A stretch of DNA of 61,366 nucleotides, filler included. It is 10 parts of 10 records of this genome, joined end to end, with 100 filler letters (N's around TTAATTAATTAA, not from the genome) between each part and the next. Parts side by side here need not be neighbours in the genome. Positions count along the whole stretch, not along the records: positions 4,451 to 10,905 come from SRR20825010_4962; positions 11,006 to 16,610 come from SRR20825010_4963; positions 16,711 to 21,637 come from SRR20825010_4966; 7 more parts are not named here. The stretch is one strand, 5' to 3'. This document shows, one piece after another, positions 9,025 to 17,925 of the stretch. A program made the translations under genes and the position numbers. Under the pieces are notes generated by a model. The model was not told where the DNA came from. It saw only the letters and a list, made by a program, of their open reading frames with translations, and ran no database searches. Position 1 is the first letter of the stretch. Each line of letters begins with the position of its first letter.

Positions 9025-9309
9025 ATGAATCTGTCGCGGGAAGCCGCCGAAACCGTAGGCCTTCAGGCCGTCGCCTGGGTGGCGGGCAACGACGAATTGC
9101 TGCCGGTCTTTCTGGGCGCGACGGGCGCGTCAGAGGCGGACTTCCGCGATGGGTTGCAGGATCCTGCGTTTCAGGGTTCGGTGCTGGATTTCCTGCTCAT
9201 GGATGACGCCTGGGTGATGGCATTCTGCACGGAACTGGACCTGAAACCCGAAGATCCGATGGCGGCCCGCATGCTGCTGCCCGGCGGCGAGATGGTGCAT
9301 TGGACATGA
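9025..9309 (+). CDS. DUF3572 family protein
   Basis: AETVGLQAVAW...FLGATG...SVLDFLLMDD; divergent from pleD. Confidence 0.85.
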   Translation: MNLSREAAETVGLQAVAWVAGNDELLPVFLGATGASEADFRDGLQDPAFQGSVLDFLLMDDAWVMAFCTELDLKPEDPMAARMLLPGGEMVHWT

Positions 9310-10013
9310 TGGGACGGGGCATAGAGGCGGTCCTGTTCGACAAGGACGGCACCTTGTTCGACTTTGCCGCCACATGGAACACCTTTGCGGCCCGACTGAT
9401 CGACCAATTGTCCGAGGGCGACGATCTGCGTCGGCACGGGCTGGCACGGGCGTTGAAATTCGATCTCGAGTCTGGGCGATTCCTGCCCGACAGTCCTGTC
9501 ATCGCCGGAACCAATCGCGAAGTGGCACTTTTGATTGCGCCGATCCTGCCGCGACGCACCGTGGATGAACTGGAGGCGCTGATCATGGCCGAGGCCGAGG
9601 TAGCCCCTTTGAGCGAGGCCGTGGCATTGGTGCCCTATCTTGCCGGGCTGGCAGCGCGGGGTCTGACACTGGGCGTGATGACAAATGACAGCGAATCCGT
9701 AGCGCGAGCACATCTGCGGGCTGCCGGTATCGAGGGCATGTTCGATTTTGTCGCCGGAGCGGACAGCGGACATGGAGCAAAACCCTCGCCTCTGCCATTG
9801 CTGGCCTTTGCCACCGCGACGGGCCATGCGCCCGAGCGGGTGGTCATGGTAGGGGACAGCCTGCACGATCTGGTGGCCGGGCGCGCGGCGGGCATGTGGA
9901 CCGCCGGCGTGTTGACCGGAATGGCGGGCGCGGACGCACTGGCCCCGATGGCGGACGTGATCTTGCCGGACATTGGCCATTTGCCGGGCTGGCTAGCCGA
10001 GGTGGTAACCTGA
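9306..10013 (+). CDS. HAD-family hydrolase (phosphoglycolate phosphatase-like)
   Basis: FDKDGTL, KPSP and VGDSLHD motifs. Confidence 0.92.
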   Translation: MMGRGIEAVLFDKDGTLFDFAATWNTFAARLIDQLSEGDDLRRHGLARALKFDLESGRFLPDSPVIAGTNREVALLIAPILPRRTVDELEALIMAEAEVAPLSEAVALVPYLAGLAARGLTLGVMTNDSESVARAHLRAAGIEGMFDFVAGADSGHGAKPSPLPLLAFATATGHAPERVVMVGDSLHDLVAGRAAGMWTAGVLTGMAGADALAPMADVILPDIGHLPGWLAEVVT

Positions 10014-10096
10014 AAGCGACCTAATCGGTCGGTAATGCGAAGGCAGACGCCGCCTTGGCGCGGTGAGATGCGGCTCACCTGCCATGGAGAGTCGTT

Positions 10097-10905
10097 ATGA
10101 CGGATGTCGCTGATCCCCTTCACGAAGCCCACAAACGCCGCCGCACCGGAGGCCGGGCTGGCAACAAGCGTCGGGGCGGGCCCGTTGTCGAGCAGATGCC
10201 CTGGCGGTTGCCGGTCAACATCGATCGCCCGACCGAGCCGCTGACCGAAGAGGGCGTTGTGCGATTGGACAACGCCTGCATGCGCATCCTTGAGGAAATC
10301 GGAATTGAGTTCCTGCATCCCGAGGCGGTCGAGATCCTGAAGCGCGCGGGCTGTACTGTGAACGGCGAAAACGTCCGCATGGGGCGTGATTTTGTCCGCG
10401 AGATGGTGGCCAAGGCACCGTCGACTTTCACCCTGACGCCACGCAACCCGGACCGGACCCTGACGATTGGTGGCAACACCATCCTGTTCGGCAACGTGTC
10501 CTCTCCGCCGAACTACTATGACCTTGAGATTGGCAAGAAGGTGTCCGGCACCCGCGAGCAATGCGCCAACCTGCTGAAGTTGACACAGTATTTCAACTGC
10601 ATCCATTTCGCGGGCGGCTACCCGGTTGAGCCATGTGATGTGCATGCCAGCGTGCGGCATCTGGATGTATTGTTCGATAAGCTGACGCTGTCCGACAAGG
10701 TCATGCATGCCTACAGCCTTGGCAAGGAACGCGTCGAGGACGTGATGGAGATGGTGCGTATCGCCGGCGGGCTGACCCACGAGGAATTCGACGCGACGCC
10801 GCGGATGTATACCAACATCAACTCGACCTCTCCGCTGAAGCACGACTATCCGATGATGGACGGCTGGATGCGCATGGCGCGGCGGGGGCAGGGGCTGGTG
10901 GTGAC
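10097..10905 (+). CDS. Trimethylamine methyltransferase (MttB) family protein, partial
   Basis: RILEEIGIEF...APSTFTLTPRNP...NSTSPLKHD; truncated at the spacer. Confidence 0.9.
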
Positions 10906-11005
10906 NNNNNNNNNNNNNNNNNNNNNNNNNNNNNNNNNNNNNNNNNNNNTTAATTAATTAANNNNNNNNNNNNNNNNNNNNNNNNNNNNNNNNNNNNNNN
11001 NNNNN

Positions 11006-11343
11006 TCCTTGAAGGCCAGCGTCGGGCCGTGGAACAGCTCCATCATCCAGAGATTGCCGTCCAGCTGCTTCAGCGGCGCCACGGCGCTGTGCTCGAAGCT
11101 GCCATAGACCTCGTCCATGATGCCTTTCAGCGTCGCATCATCGAACGCATCGCCGGTGAACAGGCGGCAAACCTCGAACGCGGTCTCGGCATAGGACAGC
11201 CCGGCGAGCCGTTTCAGATCCGCCGGGGTCAGGGTCGGCCATGTCTTCGGGACATAGAGTCCGCCATCGCGGGCGAGGCCCGTCAGGAGTACGTCTTCGA
11301 AACCGAGTTCAGGGGCCTTGCCCCGGGTGCTGATATAGCGCAC
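11006..11343 (-). CDS. thrC: Threonine synthase (N-terminal fragment)
   Basis: RYISTRG...GLARDGGLYVP...ELFHGPTLAFK. Confidence 0.96.
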
Positions 11344-11452
11344 GTCCGCCGTCTCTTTTTCGCCGTTCGAAAGGACGCAACCTAGCGGTGGCGCTGGGTT
11401 CTTGCAACAATACCGGCTCTGTCAGGAAATGACGCAAACCGGGACGCTCTGC

Positions 11453-12349
11453 ATGACCATCAAAACCATCGGAATCATGACGCCCGGGGACATGGGTCAT
11501 GCCATCGGCGGGCGGCTTCGTGAAGCAGGAATCCGGGTCGTCACCAACCTCGAAGGCCGCTCGGAACGCAGCCGCGCGCTGGCGGAGAAAGCAGGCATCG
11601 AGGATCTCGGCTCCGACGCGGCGCTGCTCACCGACTGCGACGTCATCTTCTCCATCATGCCGCCGGATCAGGCGGCGGGCTTCGTCACCCGCATGGCAGC
11701 GGCGGCAAATGCGCTCGGCAGCAAACCGAAAGCACTGATCGCCGATCTCAACGCCGTCGCGCCCTCCACGGCGCGGCAGCTTCAAGCGACAGCGGAAGCC
11801 GCCGGTATCGGCTTCCTCGATGGCGGCATCATCGGTGGCCCGCCCTATCCGGGACGGCCAAGCCCGCGCATCTATCTGAGCGGTCCCGGCGCGGATGCCT
11901 TCTCAGCCCTGAGCCCCGCCCTCGACATCCGCCCGCTCGGCGATGAGATCGGCGGCGCCTCCGCCCTGAAGATGTGTTTCGCCACCCTGACTAAGGGCGT
12001 GCAGGCGCTCGCCATCCAGAGTTTCGTCACGGCAGAATTGGAAGGGGTCGCCCCGGCCTTCCGGGCGGAACTGGAAGGGGCACAGGCAAATCTTCTGAGA
12101 AGCCTGACCGGCAGCCTCCCCGGCATGCCGCCGAAAGCCTATCGCTGGGTCGGCGAGATGGAGGAGATTGCCAAGACCTACGGTGATGCGGGCCTGACGC
12201 CGAAAACCTTCGAGGGTGTGGCTGATGTCTACCGCTTCGTCGAAAGTACGCCGCTCGGCAAGGAGGTGGTCGAGAACCGAACCATGGGGACTACACTGGA
12301 TGACCTTGTCACACGGCTTGCGGATGCGCTCAGGGAGCGGCGTGCCTAA
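11453..12349 (+). CDS. NAD(P)-dependent oxidoreductase (6-phosphogluconate dehydrogenase-like, DUF1932 C-terminus)
   Basis: PGDMG Rossmann motif, DGGIIGGPP, ASALKMC, KAYRWVGEMEEIA. Confidence 0.85.
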   Translation: MTIKTIGIMTPGDMGHAIGGRLREAGIRVVTNLEGRSERSRALAEKAGIEDLGSDAALLTDCDVIFSIMPPDQAAGFVTRMAAAANALGSKPKALIADLNAVAPSTARQLQATAEAAGIGFLDGGIIGGPPYPGRPSPRIYLSGPGADAFSALSPALDIRPLGDEIGGASALKMCFATLTKGVQALAIQSFVTAELEGVAPAFRAELEGAQANLLRSLTGSLPGMPPKAYRWVGEMEEIAKTYGDAGLTPKTFEGVADVYRFVESTPLGKEVVENRTMGTTLDDLVTRLADALRERRA

Positions 12350-12921
12350 CGCGCGGCCTTTCGCGCCAGCCATTCCTCGCGCGTGATTTCCCAAACCTCC
12401 GTCGGTAATCGCCCGCAGACATAGTCTTTCTCGCCCGTCTCAACGAGGCGCATGCCGGTCTTCTCCGAGATCCGGCGGGACGCGAGGTTCGGCGCCGCCT
12501 TTGGAATGCGCATGAGCGAACGCCCGAGGTTGACGAACCAGAAATTCGTCACCACCTCGACAGCCTCCGACATCAGGTCTTTGCCCTGCCATTCGGGCGC
12601 CAGCCAGAAACCGCGATTGGCTTCCGCCTTATCATAGAGACCGATCAATCCGATCAGTTCTTCCGGCTTCGATCTGGGCCGCAATGACCAAGTCCACTCG
12701 ATGCCCGCGCGCTGGGCAGGCAGGGCAAAATCACGAATGAATGTCTCCGCCCCGTCCGGTGGATATGGCCATGGGATAGACGCGCTAGAAAGGTGCTTCA
12801 CGATCTCCCACTGCGGGAAGGTCTTCTGCACCGCGGGTGCATCGGCGAGCTCAAGCGGCCGAAGGATCAGGCGCTCCGTTTCCAGCACCGGTATATGCGG
12901 TTCATCCCGGACCTCTTCCAT
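12346..12921 (-). CDS. GNAT N-acetyltransferase (RimJ/RimL-like)
   Basis: LETERLILRP, GFWLAPEWQGK, NLASRRISEKTGM. Confidence 0.9.
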   Translation of the reverse strand: MEEVRDEPHIPVLETERLILRPLELADAPAVQKTFPQWEIVKHLSSASIPWPYPPDGAETFIRDFALPAQRAGIEWTWSLRPRSKPEELIGLIGLYDKAEANRGFWLAPEWQGKDLMSEAVEVVTNFWFVNLGRSLMRIPKAAPNLASRRISEKTGMRLVETGEKDYVCGRLPTEVWEITREEWLARKAAR

Positions 12922-12947
12922 CACCAGCCCCTCCGCGATGACTTTCG

Positions 12948-13415
12948 TCAGCCAGCATACCCAAGGGGCAGTGCCGTCGTATACTTGATCTCTTCCATCG
13001 CAAAGCTGGAGCTGACTTCGGCCAGGTCCGCGATCGAGATCAGACGCTTGTAGACGGCGTCATAGGTCTCGACACTCGGTACCACGATGCGCAACAGATA
13101 ATCGACGGTTCCGCTCATGCGGTAGAATTCGAGCACCTCCGGGATCTCGGAAACCCCCTTGGCGAACTTCTCCAGCCAGCTGTCATTATGCTGGCTGGTC
13201 CGGATCATGACGAAAACGGTCAGCGGCACGTCAATGGCGCGGCGATCCAGCAGAGCCACCTTCTTGCGGATCACGCCCTGCTTTTCGAGATTCTGGATGC
13301 GGCGCCAGCACGGTGTCGAGGAGAGGCCGACACGGGTGCCGATCTCCGCCACGGAGAGATCGGCATTCTCCTGCAACAGGGCGAGGATGCGCCGGTCCGT
13401 CTCGTCGATCTTCAT
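12948..13415 (-). CDS. Lrp/AsnC family transcriptional regulator (DecR-like)
   Basis: DRRILALLQ...VGLSSTPCWRRIQ HTH; EFYRMSGTVDYLL; SSSFAMEEIKYTTALP. Confidence 0.95.
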   Translation of the reverse strand: MKIDETDRRILALLQENADLSVAEIGTRVGLSSTPCWRRIQNLEKQGVIRKKVALLDRRAIDVPLTVFVMIRTSQHNDSWLEKFAKGVSEIPEVLEFYRMSGTVDYLLRIVVPSVETYDAVYKRLISIADLAEVSSSFAMEEIKYTTALPLGYAG

Positions 13416-13430
13416 TCCGCATAATCCGCT

Positions 13431-13455
13431 TATGTTAGAATATTATTCTAACATA
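13431..13455. promoter_or_regulatory. Perfect 25-bp palindrome containing an Lrp consensus site
   Basis: TATGTTAGAATA-T-TATTCTAACATA; core TAGAATATTATTCTA fits the E. coli Lrp consensus YAGHAWATTWTDCTR at all 15 positions. Confidence 0.75.
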
Positions 13456-13543
13456 GAGGCTGCACTTGAGGAAAATAGCAAACTTTTTGCCCCGATTCCG
13501 GGCCAGAATGAATGCGGTTTACACATTCACTCCGGGGCGCGCC

Positions 13544-13801
13544 ATGATCTTCAAAATCTTCACCAGCCATCCGCAATCGGTCGGCGAGAGCTACTGGCAG
13601 CATTTCGGATTCGCCACCTCAACCGGTGGCGCGATGATCCTTGGCGGTCTCGCCTGCGTGGTGCATGGCCTGTTCCCGTTTCTCTGCACCCGGACCGGCA
13701 GCAAGACCATCGCCCGGCTGCATGACCGGATGTCCGCCGGTGCCCGGCATGCCGTGATGGAAAAGAACCACAGCGACCTCAGCCAGCAACCGGCGGAATA
13801 A
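13544..13801 (+). CDS. DUF6356-like small membrane protein
   Basis: FTSHPQSVGESYWQH...ACVVHGLFPFL...TGS pattern. Confidence 0.8.
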   Translation: MIFKIFTSHPQSVGESYWQHFGFATSTGGAMILGGLACVVHGLFPFLCTRTGSKTIARLHDRMSAGARHAVMEKNHSDLSQQPAE

Positions 13802-13827
13802 AGCTTCAGCCCGCGCGAAGGTGCCGG

Positions 13828-15321
13828 TCAGAGGTAGCGGGTGTTCAGATGGTTCAGGAATGCATCCGCCGAGAGCGGCGCACCGGTTGCCGCGCTGATG
13901 ATCTCGTCCGTCGATTTCGCGCTGCCGACCGAATGCACATTCTCGACAAGCCAGCCAAGCAGGGTCGTGAAATCACCGGCGGCGATACGCTCGTCCAGAT
14001 CCGGCAAAGCGTCGTGAGCAGCCTTAAACAGCTGTGCGGCGGCAAGAGCGCCCAGCGTATAGGTCGGGAAATACCCGAACGAGCCGTGATACCAGTGGAT
14101 ATCCTGCAGACAGCCATCCCGGTCGTCTTCCGGCGCCACACCGAGTGAGGCCTTCAGGCCGTCACGCCAGGCGCCGGGCAGATCCTTCAGCGGCAGATCG
14201 CCGGAGAGCAGCGCCTTTTCCAGGTCATACCGCAGCATGACATGCAGCGGATAGGTCACCTCGTCCGCATCGACGCGGATCAGCCCGCGCGCCACACGAT
14301 GGCCGATCCTGTTCAGGTTTTCCGGCGTCATGGCGAGACCACCCGTATCCAGCACGTCCGAGGCAAGCGGAGAGAGGAACCTGTAGAAAGCAGGCGAGCG
14401 ACAAGCCTGCATCTCCATCAGCAGGGACTGGCTTTCATGCATGACCATGCCCCGGGAGGACCCGACCGGCTGGTTGCGCCATTCAACCGGCAGGCCGCGC
14501 TCATACAGCGCGTGGCCTGTCTCATGGATCACCCCCATCAGGGCACTGGTGAAATCATCCTCGGAATAGCGCGTCGTGATACGCACATCGTCGGGAATGC
14601 CGCCGGTGAAGGGATGAGCACTTTCATCAAGGCGGCCATGCGCGAAATCAAAACCGAGCGCGCGCATCACCCGCTCGCCAAGCTGCTTCTGCAGGGTTGC
14701 AGGGAACGGGCCTTCCGGGCTCAGCGGCGCCGGGCCAGCGGCCTGCCGCTCCAGAATTTTCTCCATCAGCCCCGGCAGCTCGGCCTTCAGTCTGGCAAAG
14801 ACCGGATCGATCCAGGCCATGGTGCCGCCGGGCTCGTAGCTGTCGATCAGCGCGTCGTAGAGACCGCACCCGAGCTTCTCGGATTTGACCGCGCCATATT
14901 CCCGGGTCAGCTCAAGCACCGTGGCGAGCTTGCCGGAGACGGCGGAGAAATCATCCTGTGCCCGGGCATCGCGCCAGGCGACGACACAGGCCGAGACAGC
15001 CCGGGACCGGGCTTCCACCAGATCCGCCGGCGCTACTGTTTCGTTGGTATGAACCCGGCGCATCTCGCGCAGGTTCGCCTGCTGCATCGGATCCAGACCA
15101 GCGCTGTCCGCTTCCGCCCGGGCCAGTTCCTCGGAGACGGCAGGGGCCGACAGCAATTCATGCTGCAGCACATCCAGAGTCGCCAGTTGTTCGGCCCGCG
15201 CTTCCGCGCCGCCGGACGGCATCATGGTTTCCTGGTCCCAGCCGAGCAGGCCGCTTGCTCCCGAAAGAGCGGAATAGCGCCTGAACCGTTTTTCCAGGGC
15301 AGCGTAAGCGTTCTCAGTCAC
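13828..15321 (-). CDS. Carboxypeptidase, M32 family
   Basis: HETGH (HExxH), HESQS, IRVDADE, GCLQDIHW, GYFPTYTLG. Confidence 0.96.
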   Translation of the reverse strand: MTENAYAALEKRFRRYSALSGASGLLGWDQETMMPSGGAEARAEQLATLDVLQHELLSAPAVSEELARAEADSAGLDPMQQANLREMRRVHTNETVAPADLVEARSRAVSACVVAWRDARAQDDFSAVSGKLATVLELTREYGAVKSEKLGCGLYDALIDSYEPGGTMAWIDPVFARLKAELPGLMEKILERQAAGPAPLSPEGPFPATLQKQLGERVMRALGFDFAHGRLDESAHPFTGGIPDDVRITTRYSEDDFTSALMGVIHETGHALYERGLPVEWRNQPVGSSRGMVMHESQSLLMEMQACRSPAFYRFLSPLASDVLDTGGLAMTPENLNRIGHRVARGLIRVDADEVTYPLHVMLRYDLEKALLSGDLPLKDLPGAWRDGLKASLGVAPEDDRDGCLQDIHWYHGSFGYFPTYTLGALAAAQLFKAAHDALPDLDERIAAGDFTTLLGWLVENVHSVGSAKSTDEIISAATGAPLSADAFLNHLNTRYL

Positions 15322-16045
15322 GGTCAGGCTCCGTCTCGTCCTCGGGTTTCATGTGATAGATCACATAGATGACGATGAGGGTCAGCGCCAGCAAGGCCCA
15401 GGTCGCGGCATAGCTCAGATGCTCGTTCCGGACACGGATCTCGCTGTCTGCACCAATTGGCATCTTCAACGGACCTGGCTCACGCAACTGGTCCACAAAA
15501 TAGGGCAGCACCGGACCAAGATCCCGGGCCTGCGCCATCTCCGCCGTGTCGATATAGAGCCAGACTTCGTTCTGCGGCTCGTTATCGGGGACGAAATAGC
15601 CTTTCAGGCGATCCTGCCGGATCAGCCCGTCGACCGTCTGGATCCCCTCGACATGCATCGGGACGGTATCCGCGGGCTTGCGGTTCTTGAGTTCTATCCA
15701 GCCGCGTTTCACCAGCACGGTACGGCCATCGACCAGCTTCATCGGTGTGACCAGATGAAAGCCGACATTGCCTTCATAGGGCTTGCCGGTGATCAGCAAT
15801 TCCTTGTCGTGCAGGTAGGTGCCTTCGAGCCGGACCCGGCGGTATCGCCAGTCCTCGATATTATCGATCTTGTCCGGAGCCGCGACCGGCTCCGCCGCGA
15901 CCCGGCTTTCGAACTGGTCGATCAGATTGCTCTTCCAGGCCAGACGCTCCAGCTGCCAATAGCTGAGGCTGCCCATGAAGATCACGGAGATGATCGTGAA
16001 AAAGGTTGCCCAGAATGTGGGACGGAACCTGCGATTGCCGAACAT
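15314..16045 (-). CDS. SURF1 family cytochrome oxidase assembly protein
   Basis: WQLERLAWK, RGW, NEHLSYAATW; two terminal TM helices. Confidence 0.93.
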   Translation of the reverse strand: MFGNRRFRPTFWATFFTIISVIFMGSLSYWQLERLAWKSNLIDQFESRVAAEPVAAPDKIDNIEDWRYRRVRLEGTYLHDKELLITGKPYEGNVGFHLVTPMKLVDGRTVLVKRGWIELKNRKPADTVPMHVEGIQTVDGLIRQDRLKGYFVPDNEPQNEVWLYIDTAEMAQARDLGPVLPYFVDQLREPGPLKMPIGADSEIRVRNEHLSYAATWALLALTLIVIYVIYHMKPEDETEPDRD

Positions 16046-16134
16046 GTTTTTTCCAGACTACGCGCGTAACGGGGCACGGTGATCAAGCCGGACCATAGGC
16101 TCCGGACGAAGGTTTGCCCAGCCCTGGCTCCCGG

Positions 16135-16509
16135 TCAGAGACCCGGCGGGCGATGCGGTGTCTTGTGCTTGTATTGCAGAGCGATCGTGACCGCTTTCAA
16201 GGGCCGCAACAGGCCGATCGTACCACCAAGGACCACCGCGCTCCACAGGATGGCATGCACCCAGAGCGGCGGCGCGAACAGGGTCTCGATCCAGAGCGCG
16301 ATGGGCACCACGGTGCCGCCCAGAAGGAAGATGATGAAAACGGCCGGGCCGTCGCCGCTATCTTCGTTTTTCAGATCCAGGCCACAGTCCGGGCAACTTT
16401 CCCGGACCGTCAGAAATCCCTCGAACAGGCTTCCCTTGCCACATCGCGGACAGCGGCAGGCAAGCCCGGTCGAGAATGGCGACAGCGGAGGATAATAGGA
16501 TGTGCTCAC
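16135..16509 (-). CDS. DUF983 family membrane protein
   Basis: CRCPRCGKG...CPDCG...DSGDGPA; between coxC and SURF1. Confidence 0.88.
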   Translation of the reverse strand: MSTSYYPPLSPFSTGLACRCPRCGKGSLFEGFLTVRESCPDCGLDLKNEDSGDGPAVFIIFLLGGTVVPIALWIETLFAPPLWVHAILWSAVVLGGTIGLLRPLKAVTIALQYKHKTPHRPPGL

Positions 16510-16543
16510 GGCATTTCCCCCGCTGTGCCCGTTTCAGAAACGG

Positions 16544-16610
16544 TCAGCCGCCCCACCAGTAAACGCAGACGAACAGGAACAGCCAGACCACGTCAACGAA
16601 GTGCCAGTAC
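16544..16610 (-). CDS. ctaE: Cytochrome c oxidase subunit III, C-terminal fragment
   Basis: Manual translation YWHFVDVVWLFLFVCVYWWGG-stop; not in the ORF track. Confidence 0.93.
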
Positions 16611-16870
16611 NNNNNNNNNNNNNNNNNNNNNNNNNNNNNNNNNNNNNNNNNNNNTTAATTAATTAANNNNNNNNNNNNNNNNNNNNNNNNNNNNNNNNNN
16701 NNNNNNNNNNTTTGCCCCGTTCTGAATGTCCCGATCTTCACCACGCTTCCTTTCTGATGCTATATTGGAGATATGGTTTAATCCAAAAGATGCCAATCAT
16801 CAAGATCATTGCTTGATATGTCTAAAAATGATCAATATTGGTATATTTTGGTTCATTTCCAGAGGTGAAC

Positions 16871-17545
16871 ATGGCACGTGGAAATTCGGACGACCTCGCG
16901 TCCCTGCTGCATTTGAGGATCAAGGAGGGAGAATGGGGGCCGGATGAGCGCATGCCCACCGAACGAAGTCTGGCCGATGAGCTCGGCGTTGCCCGCAACA
17001 CGATCCGCAAGGCGCTGGATCAACTTGAAGAGGCAGGTGTCGTCGTCCGGCATGTGGGCCGGGGGACCTATGTCAAGACCGATCAATCGAGGACGGATCT
17101 TCATCGGATCGTCGAGAAGATGAAGCAATCGTCCCCCGCGGACATGATGGAACTGCGCATGCTGATCGAGCCGGAGGCAGCCAGCCTGGCGGCGATGAAT
17201 GCCGGTGCAGGCGAACTTGCCAAAATCAGGAAGGTGCACGAACTCGCGATAGCCGCGGCCGACATGCCTTCCTTCGAGCATTGGGATGCGGAGTTGCACC
17301 GGTTGATATTTGAGTGCACGCGCAATGACCTGCTTTATCAGGTCCATGAAATTCTAGGTGTCCTGCGCCTGCAACCACTGTGGTTCGAGATGAAGCAGAG
17401 ATCATTTTCGGAAGCCCGGAAGGCGACCTATTGTGCCCAGCACGAAGAGCTGGTTGTCAGCATCGAAAAGAGGCTCGGTGAAGAAGCGCGAGAAGCCATG
17501 CGGGCACACCTCGTTTCCGTACGGAAAAACATGCTGGGCCGTTAA
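16871..17545 (+). CDS. GntR/FadR family regulator
   Basis: PTERSLADELGVARNTIRKAL...GRGTYV wHTH plus FCD domain. Confidence 0.93.
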   Translation: MARGNSDDLASLLHLRIKEGEWGPDERMPTERSLADELGVARNTIRKALDQLEEAGVVVRHVGRGTYVKTDQSRTDLHRIVEKMKQSSPADMMELRMLIEPEAASLAAMNAGAGELAKIRKVHELAIAAADMPSFEHWDAELHRLIFECTRNDLLYQVHEILGVLRLQPLWFEMKQRSFSEARKATYCAQHEELVVSIEKRLGEEAREAMRAHLVSVRKNMLGR

Positions 17546-17581
17546 AGCCGGGACGTTGGGCAAGCCGAGGCCGGGTGGCTT

Positions 17582-17885
17582 TTAGCCGATCGTGCGCCTT
17601 TCGTTGACGATCTGCTCGAAGATGCGCACCCAGCTGCGTGTCCCCCGACGGGGCCGCTCCACGTCATAATGCTCGTTCGGCGCGTGGATTGCGTCGCTGG
17701 AGAGAATGAATCCTATCACAACACAATCCAGTTCCAGCCCCTGGCTTAGCTGACCGACGAGTAGAATGGCCCACCAATACCTTTCAGCATGGTCGGCACC
17801 GGTCACTCAGCCTCAAGGCCCCGCGCGGCAGCTTTCAGACATAGATTGCTCTGGGAAAGGCGCAGTGCGGTGGATGATGATGTTT
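17582..17885 (-). pseudogene. Degraded C-terminal remnant of an M20 dipeptidase
   Basis: Manual reading: LKAAARGLEAE*(TGA 17805-17803)PVPTMLKGIGG, then a frameshift near 17770, then ILLVGQ...IGFILSSDAIHAPNEHY...RSWVRIF. No N-terminal part. Confidence 0.75.
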
Positions 17886-17925
17886 CCGTCACGGACCGAT
17901 CCCATCCAACCGCGATGTCCTCACC

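Noticed and set aside
10097-10905. Possible pyrrolysine-containing MttB
   Set aside because: No in-frame TAG in the visible part and the gene is truncated before the expected site; non-Pyl homologues are common in roseobacters
4640-16509. Two DUF983 genes in one window
   Set aside because: They lie on different contigs, each in an ordinary context; not a duplication
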